A stretch of DNA of 64,000 nt from Eledone cirrhosa (lineage: Eukaryota), in NCBI GenBank assembly GCA_964016885.1, contig OZ024752.1:31496001-31560000 (forward strand). Direction: 5' to 3'. A model generated the notes under the pieces. That model saw only the letters and a list, made by a program, of their open reading frames with translations, made no database searches and was not told the origin of the DNA. Numbering within the stretch: position 1 is the stretch's first letter; each line of letters begins with the position of its first letter. Of this stretch, positions 1-14,459 are shown one piece after another. The position numbers were made by a program, and so were the translations under genes.

Positions 1-406
1 AATCCAAGAAGAAAAGAAAAAAAGCAACTATAAAATTATTAGAAATAGTTGGAGACAGATTTCAGATAGAAACTAAATTTATTTAAAGAGAAAATAAACA
101 GGAATTGTAACAAAATTTTTTAAAAATGTAAGCGCCCATCGAATACAGATCAATATAAAATACATTATTGACAATATAAATGCAATATTTTTGCTTCTGT
201 ATCGATGACTAATTATTTCCATTGGAAATTATAATTAGGCAAACTTTTGCATACTGCTGCTTTTGTAATCTAATTGCAAATTTTTGTCAATTTCAAAATA
301 AGTTTATTCATTAATAGAAAAAAATGTTCGAAAAAATTTCGCTCTCATGTGTAAAGTTTTATCGGTGCGTTTCTAGTTATGAACAGTTGCGACAGGTAAA
401 TATTGT

Positions 407-1026
407 ATTAATAGCAACGCTGTGGATTGGCAGTATCGGTAGAGGGTCGGACGCCATCCTTTGCAGCATAGAGTTATGTCCCTTTACGGTCTGAGTTCAA
501 ATCCCGCCGAGGTTAACTTTGCCTTTCATCCTTACGGGGTCGATAAAATAAAGTACCAGTTATGCACTGGGATAATCGCTCGCCTTGTGCCAAAAGTAGA
601 AATAATTATATTAACAGCAAGGCGGTGGATTGGCAGTATCGGTAGAGGGTCGGACGCCATCCTTTGCAGCATAGAGTTACGTCCCTTTACGGTTTGAGTT
701 CAAATCCCGCCGAGGTTAACTTTGCCTTTCATCCTTACGGGGTCGATAAAATAAAGTACCAGTTATGCACTGGGATAATCGCTCGCCTTGTGCCAAAAGT
801 AGAAACAATTATATTAACAGCAAGGCGGTGGATTGGCAGTATCGGTAGAGGGTCGGACGCCATCCTTTGCAGCATAGAGTTACGTCCCTTTACGGTTTGA
901 GTTCAAATCCCGCCGAGGTTAACTTTGCTTTTCATCCTTACGGGGTCGATAAAATAAAGTACCAGTAATGCACTGGGATAATCGCTCGCCTTGTGCCAAA
1001 AGTAGAAACAATTATATTAACAGCAA
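407..1026 (+). mobile_element. Three head-to-tail copies (203-bp period) of a tRNA-derived SINE
   Basis: Units start at about 418, 621 and 824. Each has an A-box-like TGGCAGTATCGG, B-box GAGTTCAAATCCC, central GCCTTTCATCCTTACGGGGTCGATAAAATAAAGTACCAG and tail CCTTGTGCCAAAAGTAGAAACAATTAT, joined by an ATTAACAGCAA linker. Confidence 0.85.
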
Positions 1027-1289
1027 AGGAAAGACCTGTGGAAACCTTGTTTGTATCCTTGGTCAGATTTGATGGGTTCCATTTCAGCCGGAAGGCGGCG
1101 AATAAGGTCTGGGATCTTGTTGATTGGTTTCCCCATCCACTATATATAAATTACTTCTGTATAATGAAGCAGACCTAGGGCTAAATAAGATAACTCAAGC
1201 CAATGCCATTGCCTTTACGGGGTCGTTTGGGGAGCTAGAAATGGGGATCAAAGATTCCTCAAACCACCACCGGAATAACAACTCAAGCT

Positions 1290-1497
1290 TGTATGAGCCC
1301 ACGGGGATGCCTTTATGTGGTCGCTTGCTGAGCTAGAAATGGCGATCAAGGGTTCCTGAAACCATCTCTGAACTTGTTACATAGTATAATACAGCACTAC
1401 ATCATTTGAAAATATGATGAGATGGTCATGGCTGGAATGTTCTAATCATAGATCTGCTAGATTGATGTTGACATGAAACTAAACAACAACAACAACT
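1290..1497 (+). repeat. Unclassified interspersed repeat ending in (CAA)n; related diverged copy on - strand at about 5053-5230
   Basis: Similar blocks (CTAGAAATGGCGATCAA... and GATGGTCATGGCTGGAATG...) occur as diverged reverse complement near 5.05-5.23 kb. Simple-repeat tail. Confidence 0.4.
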
Positions 1498-1637
1498 GTA
1501 GTTCATATTCAACAATGACCTTGGTCACTTGAGCCTCGCTGGGAATGGTTAGGTTGATTCTCATTGCCTTTTCGGGAACGTTGGGAAAGTTGAACTCCAA
1601 ACCAGAGAGAATTTCTTTTAGTATACAGTGATAGATA

Positions 1638-1835
1638 CGAGTGTGGACTGAAAGGTTCATAGGCTGACTATGAAGGAGTGATGCTAGAGCTGTGAAATCT
1701 TGCATGCATTAATTTCAACTCTTCTTATTAATAACTGCATTGTTTCTTTCCAGCGACTATGTTGAAAAATTAACCCGATCTGGTCATTCCATGAGAGTAT
1801 CTTTGTCAACCTATAAACCTTTCTGCCGATCCCCG
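1638..1835. mobile_element. Tc1/mariner-type MITE
   Basis: Imperfect TIRs CGAGTGTGGACTGAAAGGTTCATAGGCTGAC and GTCAACCTATAAACCTTTCTGCCGATCCCCG, flanked by TA on both sides. Confidence 0.7.
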
Positions 1836-2249
1836 TATTCTTCTTTGTGTTAGTATGTTGTGATGATTTCTACTTAATCATTTTGCCTATTTGCAAATAA
1901 TATGACTGAGCCTGTGAGATTTAAATATTAACTCTGTGGCTATAAAACCACAGCATTGATCTGACACTTTAAGCAATAATTCCTATTTAGAGCCTACTTA
2001 CTTGATACGACCGGTTGCAGCTCTGAATATTATAATGATCGAAAGAATGGTGTAAATATGAATATCAAAGACTATATTTGTGAAAACTAACTGCAGATGC
2101 CTTTGAAACAAATGACATTATACCAGCCAGTCGGACGCATCAGCAATCGAAGCTAGTTAGTCGTATCTCTAGCCAAATGAAACTCCTCCTTTACCATATT
2201 CAATAATCTACTCATCATTTATCTATTTACTATCAATGTCTACGCATTC

Positions 2250-3274
<1,025 letters not shown>

Positions 3275-3438
3275 CAAATAAATATGCACAATAAGACCGC
3301 ATTCCTCTAAACCTCTAATGCTACACATTCCCATCAATATTCATATATACACTCGAACACCCACGTGTCACCATACTTATGTGTCAATACCCCCGGATGA
3401 TCATCATCATCATATCAATACCTACGTAGCCGGCATTA

Positions 3439-3618
3439 TTGGCAGTATCGGTAGAGAGTCGGACGCCATTCTTTCCCGCATAGTTACCTCCCTTTACGAT
3501 CTGAGTTCAAATCCCGCCGAGGTTAACTTTGCCTTTCATCCTTACGGGGTCGATAAAATAAAGTACCAGTAATACACTGGGTAATTGCTGGCCTTGTGCC
3601 AAAAGTAGAAACAATTAT
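3439..3618 (+). mobile_element. tRNA-derived SINE copy (5' clipped)
   Basis: Same A/B box, central domain and tail as 407-1026. Confidence 0.85.
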
Positions 3619-3637
3619 TAATGAATAGGTAAATAAT

Positions 3638-4246
3638 GGTTTCTCATATAGGCACAAGGCCAGCAATTTTGGGGGAGGAGAAAGTCGATTAAATCGACCC
3701 CAGTGTATTACTGGTACTTTATTTTATCGACCCCATAAGGATGAAAGGCAAAGTTAACCTCGGCGGGATTTGAACTCATACCATAAAGGGCCGTAACTCT
3801 ATGCTGCAAAGCATGGCGTCCGACCCTCTACCGATACTGCCAATTCACCGCCTTGCTGTTAATATAATTGTTTCTACTTTTGGCACAAGGCCATCAATTA
3901 CCCCAGTGCATTACTGGTACTTTATTTTATCGACCCCGTAAGGATGAAAGGCAAAGTTAACCTCGGCGGGATTTGAACTCAGAATGGCAAGGGCCGTAAC
4001 TCAATGCGTCAAAGCATGGCGTCCGACTCTCTACCGATACTTCCTATTAATTAATAATTGTTTCTACTTTAGGCACAAGGCCATCAATTACCCCAGTACA
4101 TTACTGGTACTTTGTTTCATCGACCCCGTAAGGATGAAAAGCAAAGTTAACCTCGGCGGGATTTGAACTCAGATCATAAAGGGGCGTAAATCTATGCTGC
4201 AAAGCATGGCGGCCGACCCTCTACCGATACTGCCAATCCACCACCC
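3638..4246 (-). mobile_element. SINE trimer (three head-to-tail copies) flanked by a 19-bp direct repeat
   Basis: Three reverse-complement SINE copies. TAATGAATAGGTAAATAAT occurs at 3619-3637 and 4247-4265. Confidence 0.85.
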
Positions 4247-6040
4247 TAATGAATAGGTAAATAATCACATCAAAAAGACTTCCCACTGTTCTATGTTGGT
4301 CGACCTGTTGCCATCAAAAAAATATATTTTGTTGATTTCACACAAGATGTCTAAGATCGATTCTTGGAATCTATATAGAAATTTGAGGGATCCGTCCGTC
4401 CGTCACATAATGTGTTTGTGTGAATGTATGTGTGTGTAAAAGAAAGGAAGGGGATGGTGAAAAAACTACAGCAAAACAATGGCTGGCGTTTCATTTTCTA
4501 CGCTTTGTGTGAGTGTATTCGTATGTGTGTGTTTGTGTAAATGCATGTGTTTGTGTGCGTGTGTGTGTGTGTGTGTGAATGTGTTTTTTTTTGTAAGTGT
4601 GTCTGTGTTTATATTTATATACTCATACATATAAATGTATGCATATGTATATAGACGCACAGACACATATACATGTGTTCATATTTATATACTCATACAT
4701 ATAAATGTGTGCATATCCACATGCCACACGCCCATACATATAGATATACACATACGCCTCAGCTTGTTGAAAAAACTCCTAGTATCTTAGAAAGACGAGA
4801 TGGTGAATGACTAAATTATTTGCTATCTGTGTCACTCTTCTTTATATATACGTTAGACTGTAGACTATTGTATATTGTTTCTGTTTTTCTATTTCTGTTC
4901 TATACTTTTTCTCCTATTGTTTTCTCTTATTGTCTTCTCCTATTGGTTTCTGTTTGGTAAATTATTAGGTCTGAAGTCTACAAACAGATTCAGCGCGTCA
5001 GGAAATTTCCTGAAACATCTGGTGTTATCTAGACAGTGTTGTTAGTGTATAGCTCCAGATCAGCCTTACTGTATGGTAAAAGACGTTCCAGCCGTGTCTA
5101 TCCCGATATGTTTTATATCTAAAAAACATTGTCTAATATTTCCTTCCCGTTTTAAGATGCTAATGCGTGATTTGAGGGATAGTTTTGGCATCTATATCTA
5201 GCAAATTCAATGACCAAATTGAGCCTCGGTCTTCAATAGTTACTAATGAGTAACTAAGCTAAATTTGGCGACAGTCTAATTCTGAAAGAATCGTAAAGAC
5301 TAATATCTTACTTTTGAAATATTTGATAAAATATAAAACGTCTATATAAAACGTCTATATAGATGTTGTTTAAGTTATAAACATTAGGGCAGCAACATGA
5401 CATTTACTATAAACAAAAACTGATAAATATTTTCGAAAGAAAAATATGACATATAGATTTTATTGTTCGGTAAATTGTAAAAGTTTGGAACAGGCTGACA
5501 TAGAGAGCTCCAGTGTTGACTCTTTATCAAATAGGGTGTGAAAATAAAAATAAAAATTGCTATTGACTTCAGATGCATATTGAGTCATGACTTTTCGTTA
5601 GAACCACATCTGTCAAGTTCACTTAAGCAGTTTTGTCAATAAACATAAATCCCACGCTCAAGTCTCTACTTGAATGGATGAAATTGCTGGTCAAAATGTA
5701 ACATCTGAACATGACGCTAAAAGTGTTATTCGTTCTTCTTTCCATACTATGCCTCTCATCTCTCCCTCTCTCTTTCTCACACATATATACACATATATAT
5801 ATATGTGTGTGCCATTTATGTATTCAGTGCGCATTCAATTAATTTTTAATTGTATATATATATATATGTGCCGTACTAAGAGTGAGAAATGAAATTTCGT
5901 TTTCATTTTATTTCAACTTATCGTTTTCGGTGCGCCTGACCGACTTAACTCACTCGATATGCAAATTAGGCTGCTCAGCCGTTAATTTTCATAAGGAAAG
6001 TATATACTTTCGAACGTTCAACTATCTGGCAGAAGGGTAT

Positions 6041-6083
6041 ACGGTGCTGATGATAGCTAACAAGCTTGAAACTAGTACATCGT
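6041..6083 (+). ncRNA. Minimal type I hammerhead ribozyme motif (family A)
   Basis: ACGGTG-CTGATGA-T AGCT AACA AGCT T-GAAA-CTAG-TA-CATCGT. Stem I has one G.U pair, stem III is palindromic (ACTAGT), cleavage triplet GUA. Confidence 0.8.
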
Positions 6084-6233
6084 TCCTGTGTCAGTGTTGA
6101 ACAAAAAGGTGACGTGGTTGCCTTAACACCGTACGGCATAAATTCAGGCTGTTCAGTTTGTTTACAAACGAACAAAGCGGCGTTATAATAAGCGTCCGCT
6201 AAACTGATACGTGCATATATGTATGTGTACCTG

Positions 6234-6298
<65 letters not shown>

Positions 6299-6413
6299 GC
6301 ATGCTACTGTACGTCTGTATACATATATGTATGTACGTATACATACATACTTACATTTAAGTAAGTGCCGTACTAAGAGTGAGAAATGAAATTTCGTTTC
6401 CATTTTATTTCAA

Positions 6414-6484
<71 letters not shown>

Positions 6485-6742
6485 GGAAAAAATGAAATTT
6501 CATTTCTCACTCTTAGTACGTTTGATACTTAAATATAAGTATGTATACGTACACACATATATGTATACAGACGTACAGTAGTATGTATATATATACATAT
6601 ATGCACACATATATATATGTACGTATGGGTTTACCGAACATCTATTATAATGTTCGGTTTGTTTGTAAAAAAACAGCCTGGATTATTAGCCGTACAGTGT
6701 TCGGCAACCATCGTTGTCCTTTTGTTCAACACTGACAAAGGA

Positions 6743-6785
6743 ACGATGAACTAGTTTCTAGCTTATTAGCTGTCATCAGCACCGT
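6743..6785 (-). ncRNA. Minimal type I hammerhead motif (family A, second copy)
   Basis: Reverse complement reads ACGGTG-CTGATGA-CAGCT AATA AGCTA-GAAA-CTAG-TT-CATCGT. Confidence 0.7.
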
Positions 6786-7152
6786 ATACCTTCCTGTCAG
6801 TTGATTAAACGTTTGAAAGTATATACTTTCCTTATGCATATTGACGTCTGTATACATATATGTATGTACGTATACATACTTACATTTAAGTATCAGCCGT
6901 ACTAAGAGTGAGAAACGAAATTTCATTTTTTCCATCTATCGTTTTCGGTACGCCCGGCCGACTAACTCACTAGGCTGCTCAGCCGTTAATATGCACAAGG
7001 AAAGTATAAACTTTCAAACGTTCAATCGGCCAGATGGCTGGAACAGCTAAAAGAGTAAAAGAAAAAGAGTACACATGTATATATATATATATATATACAC
7101 ACACACATTTATATATATATATATATATATACACACACATGTATATATATAT

Positions 7153-10135
7153 ATCATCATCATCATCATTATCACCGTTTTACGTCCGTTCTTCCACGCT
7201 AGCATGGGTTAGACGGGTTGTCCTGCTGTGGGCAGTGTCTGGTCGGCTGACCATACCTTGCTCATACAGGAACTGATCTGGCTTGATTTCTACAGCTGGA
7301 TGCCCTTCCTAACACCAACCTCATTTACAGTGAGTGCTGGGTGCTTTTTCCGTGGCGCCTACACGTCCACTTTACAGTGTGGGCTGGGTGCTTTTTTGCT
7401 GTGGCACCTCCACGACCACCTTGCAGTGGGAGGGTGTGGGGGCATATTGTCTATATACTTCAGCTTGTACCCATGGGAGGTCGGGTACTCTATATTACTG
7501 CGTGACGCCAGAGGTCACGGTCATGTGTCATCGCCTTTGAGAGGTGTAATTGGGTACGGTCGGCTTTTATCACCTCATCCCAGGTCATCTTGGGTCTCCC
7601 TACTCCGCGGTTTCCATCGACTTCTAGTGCTCTGCACCTTTTTATGCAGCTGTCATCCTTCACACGCATCACATGTCCATACCAACGCAACCGCCTCTCC
7701 TGCACACAGCATTTGATTCCTCTTATGCTCAGTCTCTCTCTCAATTCATTTATGCTTTGTCGTTCGCGTATATTACTATTACACATCCAACGGAGCATGC
7801 AGGCTTCGTTTCTCTCTAATCTACGTAAGTCTTCCACCTTCAGCGCCCAGGTTTCACTACCATGTAACATTGTTGTTCGGATACACGCATCATACAGTCT
7901 GCCTTTCATTTTGAGGGAGAAGCTTTTTGAAGCTAGCAGTGGTAGTAGTTTCCTGAACTTCTTCCATCCCGTTCTTACCCTAGTTATTGTACTTTCTGAA
8001 CACCCACCTCCACTGCTAATTCGGTCACCTAGGTAGCAGAAGCTGTCTACTGTCTCTACAGAGCACTCCCAGAGATTGGTGGTACTTGTTTCCTGTCGCT
8101 GTTTGCTTGCTTGCTGTCCCTGTACAGCTGCTGCATGTGAAGCCTACATTCTTAATTAAGCTTCCTGAGATCCCGCTACATCTCTTGTGTATCCATTGTT
8201 TGCATTTGGGGCAGAGAATGGAGTTCCTATCTACATCTTTCCTACATACTGAGCAAGGCCATTTCCCTGAGGGGATCTGGGTTCTGTTTTCTCGTCTACT
8301 TACAAGAACCTTAGTCTTTGTCATGTTGACTTTGAGACCCTTTCTTTCTAGTCCCTGCTTCCAAGTTTGGAATTTCTTCTCTAGTTCTACCATAGATTCA
8401 GCTATAAGTGCGAGGTCAACAGCATACAGGAGTATGGGCATCCGGTCTTAAACTCCTCCGTTATTGCCTGCAGGACTATGATGAACAGGAGAGGGCTAAG
8501 AACAGAGCCCTGGTGGACCCCAACCTGTACGCTAAATTCCTCGCTATACTCATTGATAATCCTAACTTTTCTGACTGCTCCCCTATACATGGCTTGTACA
8601 GCTTTCACAAGCCATTAATCTACTCCTAGTTTTCTAAGAGCCCACCAGATTACAGCACGTGGAACTCTGTCAAAGGCTTTCTCGAGATCGACGAATGCCA
8701 GGTAGAGTGGCTTACCTTTAGCTAGGTACTTTTCCTGTAACTGCCTCGCAAGGAAGAGGGCATCAGTGGTGCCTCTTCCTGGTACAAACCCAAATTGCAT
8801 CTCATCTAGTTTCACCCGGTCCCTAATCAACTGTGCTATAACTCTTTCTGTTACTTTCATGACCTGGTCCATCAGCTTTATACCTCTATAGTTTCCTCTA
8901 TCTAGTGCATCATCTTTACCTTTGTAGCAGTTGACAATGATGCTACTGCACCAATCTTTTGGTATGACACCTAGTATTACCTGGTTAACAATACGTGTGG
9001 TTACAGTGTGACCTACAGACCCAGATGCCTTCAGCATCTCGGCAGCTATACCCGATGGACCGGTTGCCTTCCCCGTCTTCATATCTTTGATTGCCTTACT
9101 TAATACACTGCTGCTGACTTATACTGTTGGCTCCTCTATAGGGTCTACTTGGGGTAGGGTCTCTTCTTCCCATGCATTCTCCTCATTTAGTAATCTATCA
9201 TAATGACTCTTCCATGCATCTTTCTTCTCAGCACTTGTGGGGGCAAGCTCACCTTTATCATTCCGGATACACTTCTCTCCAATGACATCACAATTCTCTC
9301 TGCCACACTGCCTCGCAATCTTGAATACCTCCTGTTTCTGGTCCTCACGTTGCAAAACATGCTTGAAGTTTCTATCCTCTGCTTCCCTCCTAGCTAAGTA
9401 TACTTTTTGCCTAGCTTCCCTCTTGGTCTCTATGTAATGTACCCTGCTCCCCCCATTCTTCCATTCTTTCCATGCCTGTCTCTTGGCCTTAACTGCCTCA
9501 TCTACCTTATTGTTTCACCACCAAGTCACTCTCCTCCTGCTTGAGGTCTTACTCCAGCCATAGACCTCATCTGTCGCCTCTAGTAAGTTAATTTTTAGGA
9601 ACTCCCAGTTCTCTTCTATATTGAATGTCTCTATCTGTTCTTCTTTACTGTCGTAGGCGTTGAGTAAAATATCTTTAAATCTGTTACTGGCTGAGGGGTA
9701 TTTCAGCTTCCAGATCTTTCTTCTCCAGGTTGGCCTCTGTTTCCAGGTTCGTCTAGTTCTGACTGTGAGGTCGCTGACAACTAAGCTATGTTGGGAGGTA
9801 CATTACTAACTAGGGAAGGCTTTTGTGTTTACGACCGTCCATCTGTCACGTCCTCTGATGAGGATAAAATCTATCTGACTAGAATGCTCCCCTGATCTAT
9901 AGGTGATCAGGTGGTTGTCCGGTTTTTTGAAGTTTGTGTTGCATATCGACATGTCATTGGCGTCGCAGAATTCTAGAAGTCTGAATCCTTCCTCATTTCT
10001 TGTGCCAAGCCCATGGCCTCCATGGACTGTACTGAAGCCGTCGCAGTGTTTACCTACGTGTCCGTTAAAATCTCCTGCGATGATTAGGAAGTCATTGTCG
10101 TTTGTTAGAGCAGTAGTGTGCATTAGGGACTCGTA
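7153..10135 (-). mobile_element. 5'-truncated, frameshifted RTE-clade LINE (APE endonuclease, reverse transcriptase, PHD-like Cys/His finger)
   Basis: ORF fragments [12 protein letters not shown] and [10 protein letters not shown] (APE); GKATGPSGI, NYRGIKLM, QFGFVPGRGTTDA, FVDLEKAFDRVPR, GVHQGSVLSPLLF, LLYAVDL (RT; YADD altered); LHGSETW...RRLRWYGHVMR...GRPKMTW. (GAT)n 3' tail at 7153. Confidence 0.95.
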
Positions 10136-10261
10136 AAATATATATATATACACACACACATGTATATATATACACACACACACACATGTATATATATATA
10201 TACACACACATGTATATATATATACACACACACATGTATATATATATATAAACACACACAC

Positions 10262-10343
<82 letters not shown>

Positions 10344-10399
10344 GTATATATATATATATATATATATACACATGTATATATATATATATATATACACAC

Positions 10400-10489
<90 letters not shown>

Positions 10490-10490
10490 G

Positions 10491-10552
<62 letters not shown>

Positions 10553-10561
10553 TATATACAC

Positions 10562-10610
<49 letters not shown>

Positions 10611-10615
<5 letters not shown>

Positions 10616-10850
10616 CAAGAAAGAAGATTGACATGGTTTGCTATACAATAAGGGCTTTATTCACATTGCTGACAATTGTCTCTTTGATCCAATGAAACAG
10701 ACTGGTTATAAACAAAGTATTGGAGATCGATTGGCGCAAAATCAGGCGTATAGCGAACTCTAGACCTGCCAGATCAAAGAAACAATTGTCAGAAATGTGA
10801 ATAAAGCCCTTATTGTATAGCGAACCATGTCAATCTTCTTTCTTGAATTA
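10611..10850. repeat. Fold-back insert next to (TA)n (about 80-bp inverted arms)
   Basis: TAATTCAAGAAAGAAGATTGACATGG...TCTTTGATC (10611-10689) is mirrored at 10772-10850. Confidence 0.75.
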
Positions 10851-11017
10851 TTATTACTCCAAGTATAAACTACATAGAAATCACCGCGAACTCGCAGCAT
10901 CACTATGGAAACGTCTTGGTGAGTGAAACTAAGCCACACGTTAATACTATCCACTACAAGAACTACTCCAACTGGACTACATCTAAGCGGACTGCCATAA
11001 CGATAACCTGTTATCCC

Positions 11018-11080
<63 letters not shown>

Positions 11081-11107
11081 CCAAATTCAATAAACAAACC
11101 AGGATTT

Positions 11108-11167
11108 TTTCGTTCTGAGGATTGAAAGCAAAACCTTTTGCTTTTAAGAAACCACTGGTAAATGGAA
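11108..11167 (+). ncRNA. Type I hammerhead motif (family B)
   Basis: TTTCGTT-CTGAGGA-TTGAAAGCAAAA CC TTTTGCTTTTAA-GAAA-CCACTGG-TA-AATGGAA. Confidence 0.75.
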
Positions 11168-11492
11168 TAATTACCATATGTTGTTTATTACATAATAATA
11201 ATAATTAAGCTCTGTTACCTACATAGAGCACTCTTTTTTCCTGGACTTTTCCGATGGAATTACTTCATATATATATATATATATATATATATTTCGTTTC
11301 TGAATTTGTTTAGCAAGATTCTTTATCTGAAAACGTGTGTTGAAACCGATATTTTTATGCTTTGGGAGGGTCATGTTGCCAATACGAAACACATGCACCA
11401 GTTGCTTTCACTTCAATATATTATAAATTAAATTTATAAATTTCCGGTTGGTTGGTTGGTTGGTTCCACAACCAGACGATTGTTCATATATT

Positions 11493-11535
11493 GTCAAAGT
11501 TCTTTCGTCACACATTCTATGATCTCTTCAGTGAC
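11493..11535 (-). ncRNA. Minimal hammerhead motif (family C, left arm)
   Basis: Reverse complement reads GTCA-CTGAAGA-GATCATAGAATGTGTGAC-GAAA-GAAC-TT-TGAC. Confidence 0.6.
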
Positions 11536-11751
11536 TGGGGATTCTTTTGTTTGTTTTTGTGCTCCTCTTCTTTGTTCTGCCCTACGCCATCTTGTTTGTG
11601 TGTGTGTTGTGTGCTTAGTTTGCGCATGTGTTACATCCGGATGTCTGTGTGTATTTAATACATGCGAAAACTAAGCACACAACACACACAAAAACAAGAT
11701 GGCGTAGGACAGAACAAAGGAGAGGCACAAAAACAAAGAAAAGAATCCCCA

Positions 11752-11794
11752 GTCACTGAAGAGGTCATAGAATGTGTGACGAAAGAACTTTGAC
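11752..11794 (+). ncRNA. Minimal hammerhead motif (family C, right arm)
   Basis: GTCA-CTGAAGA-G GTCATA GAATG TGTGAC-GAAA-GAAC-TT-TGAC. Confidence 0.7.
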
Positions 11795-11926
11795 AATATA
11801 TGAACAATCGTCTGGTTGTGGAACCATCCAACCAACCGGATTATTATAAATGTAATTTATAATAAACGGAAGTGAAATCAACTGGTGCGTGTGTTTCTTA
11901 TTGGCAACATGACCCTCCCAAAGCAT

Positions 11927-12000
<74 letters not shown>

Positions 12001-12008
12001 TGATACCC

Positions 12009-12059
12009 AGATTCCTGATGATTTCTAAAGAATGAAACAGTTCTAGTTCTGTAGAATCT
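12009..12059 (+). ncRNA. Type I hammerhead motif (family D)
   Basis: AGATTC-CTGATGA-T TTCT AA AGAA T-GAAA-CAG TTCTAGTT CTG-TA-GAATCT, with a perfect 6-bp stem I. Degenerate or partial copies at 52859-52944 and 60076-60122. Confidence 0.8.
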
Positions 12060-12141
12060 CATCTATATTAAAACTTTTATACTCTGCATTGTATTGAGTA
12101 CCTTACTTACTGTGGTTACCTCCGATTCAACCCGGAATAAC

Positions 12142-12208
<67 letters not shown>

Positions 12209-13131
12209 AACATTATAATTCGCAGCCAAAAGAAAAAAGTAAGATATGAGAAACAACTGGCGTGAATGATGCGATGCAAAATAAATAAAATACCTGGACA
12301 TATCTCAGAAGAAATATATTTATTGCCAATAACAATAAGGAATGAAATATAGTAAAATAGTTTACAGTAGAACTCCTTGCCATTTCACCATTTTGATTCA
12401 TTATTATTTGAATAGCGTAAAGATTTATCACGATCTTGTCTCTCAATACGGACAGTAAAGACGTCATGAGGAAAACTAGGAGATGAAGAAAAACTACGAC
12501 CTTCAATAGACTTTTCCTGGTGATATCTTAATAACAAATCTCAGTGATTGGCTCAGATAGACTTCACCTCTCACTTGCAAATTTTTTTTTTTGATATTCA
12601 AGGTGAAACAGAAATATTTTTAAAATGTATCTATTTTTTGTTTAAACTCTTTGCGACCGACATAACTAAAGTTATACGAAGCCCCCCCCCCTACAATGTT
12701 GAGAGAATATCACCCCCCCCTCCCCTCACCATCACCACCCTAACACACATACACTTAAATGATGGGCAGCTTTCACTCAGAATGGGAAACCCTGCACGAC
12801 TATCATCTGTACTAGTGTTTATATTGTAAGATTAGATGTTGTACCTCACCAGAATAAAAAGCAGAGGTACCTCCGAATTACAGAGCTTCCGTTACGGTTT
12901 TGCAACCGGATGGAGTCTTCGGTTAGCTTCCCCTTGTGTTGTTTACTTGTCTCACTCGCTTTACGCGTTTCTATTGTCCTAATAACTTATTTTAGTTATT
13001 ATCGCTCCAACGTGAGGTATATGATTTTTAATGCGATGAAATACCCATGATCGTTTGGTAAATCACTGATGAGGGACTCATTTTATAACATGTTATCCAT
13101 GTGCAACCAGCAGTATTCTTCTCACCCATAT

Positions 13132-13169
<38 letters not shown>

Positions 13170-13172
<3 letters not shown>

Positions 13173-13870
13173 ACAACTAGAAATTGATTAACATATAAAT
13201 AAACATATGAAACAATCACAGGGGATAATTTTTACAAGTGTGTAAGCACACATAGCTAGGTAGGTAACTAAATAAAGTTAACTAGAACTTCAAAAAATAG
13301 ATACCTTATAATATGATTAATCTTCCCTGTTTATATTCCATTAAAGAAATATATTTCACCAATTAATCGAATGGTAAACCACGGAGACCGATACTTGGAT
13401 TTTCAACAAGGAAGAAGTCCAGCGGTCTATGTTTACGCATTAAGTTCAAATCAGCGACTGGCCAGTAACACGTGCTGTATCTACTAAAAATACACACATC
13501 ATACCAGCTTCGTCCCAGTGGCGTGAATAGGGTTATCGACAACTAGAAACAGCAGTCAAGTCCTTTCAACAGAGTTAGGTCTACAATTAAGGAGCCGTAT
13601 TTATATATCTATATCCAAAATTAAGATAAATCAAAGTGAATTTAATGTAAATCAAAATTATGGGTGTCATGCCAGAAAGGCATGCGCCATATCACCCGTA
13701 AAATAAGCTCCAAGATTCTAATGAATAGGTTCTAATGAAATGGACCTACTCATTAGAATCTTGGAGCTTTTTTACGGGTGATATGGCGCATGCCTTTCTG
13801 GCATGACACCCATAATTTTGATTTACATTAAATTCACTTTGATTTATCTTAATCTTAATTTTGGATATAG
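13170..13870. mobile_element. (TA)n-embedded element ending in a fold-back with about 120-bp arms; related permuted copy at 31733-32087
   Basis: 13612-13730 is mirrored at 13744-13868. Both blocks are shared with 31733-31850 and 31860-32087. Confidence 0.75.
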
Positions 13871-14026
13871 ATATATAAATACATACATATATATATATAC
13901 ACATACATATATATATATATATACGTACATATATATATATATACATACATATATATATACACATACATACATATATATATATACACATACATATATATAT
14001 ATACACATACATATATATATATATAC

Positions 14027-14059
<33 letters not shown>

Positions 14060-14377
14060 CGTACATATATATATACATACATATATATATATACACATAC
14101 GTACATATATATATATATATATATACGTACATATATATATATACACATACATATATACGTATACACACATATATATATAGATACATATATATATATACAC
14201 ATACATACATATAGATACATATATATATATATACACATACATACATATAGATACATATATATACACATACATACATATATATACACATACATACATATAT
14301 ATATATATACACACACATACATATATATATATATACACATATATATATATATATATACATATATATATGTATACATA

Positions 14378-14457
<80 letters not shown>

Positions 14458-14459
14458 CA

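Larger units (their letters stand above)
5868..7030. mobile_element. (TA)n-embedded non-coding element family A: about 1.1-unit direct-repeat copy plus inverted and partial copies, with hammerheads
   Basis: GTACTAAGAGTGAGAAATGAAATTTCG recurs at 5873 and 6370 (497 bp apart), inverted at about 6490-6520, and again at about 6900, 23470 and 37110. Confidence 0.7.
11293..11932. mobile_element. Fold-back element (family C), about 285-bp inverted arms, in (TA)n
   Basis: 11347-11632 is an imperfect reverse complement of 11657-11932. A related rearranged copy lies at 14897-15208. Confidence 0.85.

Noticed and set aside
418-510. tRNA genes at the SINE heads
   Set aside because: A and B boxes are present, but there is no intact cloverleaf and each continues into SINE body and tail.
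461-900. Repeated 78-aa ORFs (MQHRV...NPAEVNFAFHPYGVDKIKYQ)
   Set aside because: Incidental frames through tandem SINE copies.
4966-5031. Hammerhead-like TAGGT-CTGAAGT...GAAA-CATCTGGTG-TT-ATCTA
   Set aside because: Core A9 is substituted and stem II is not clearly closed. Probably a decayed copy, so not counted.
10666-10712. Hammerhead-like CTGACAA...GAAACAGACTG (also degenerate motifs at about 30780-30818 and 52595-52632)
   Set aside because: Uncompensated core changes or missing stems; too degenerate to call.
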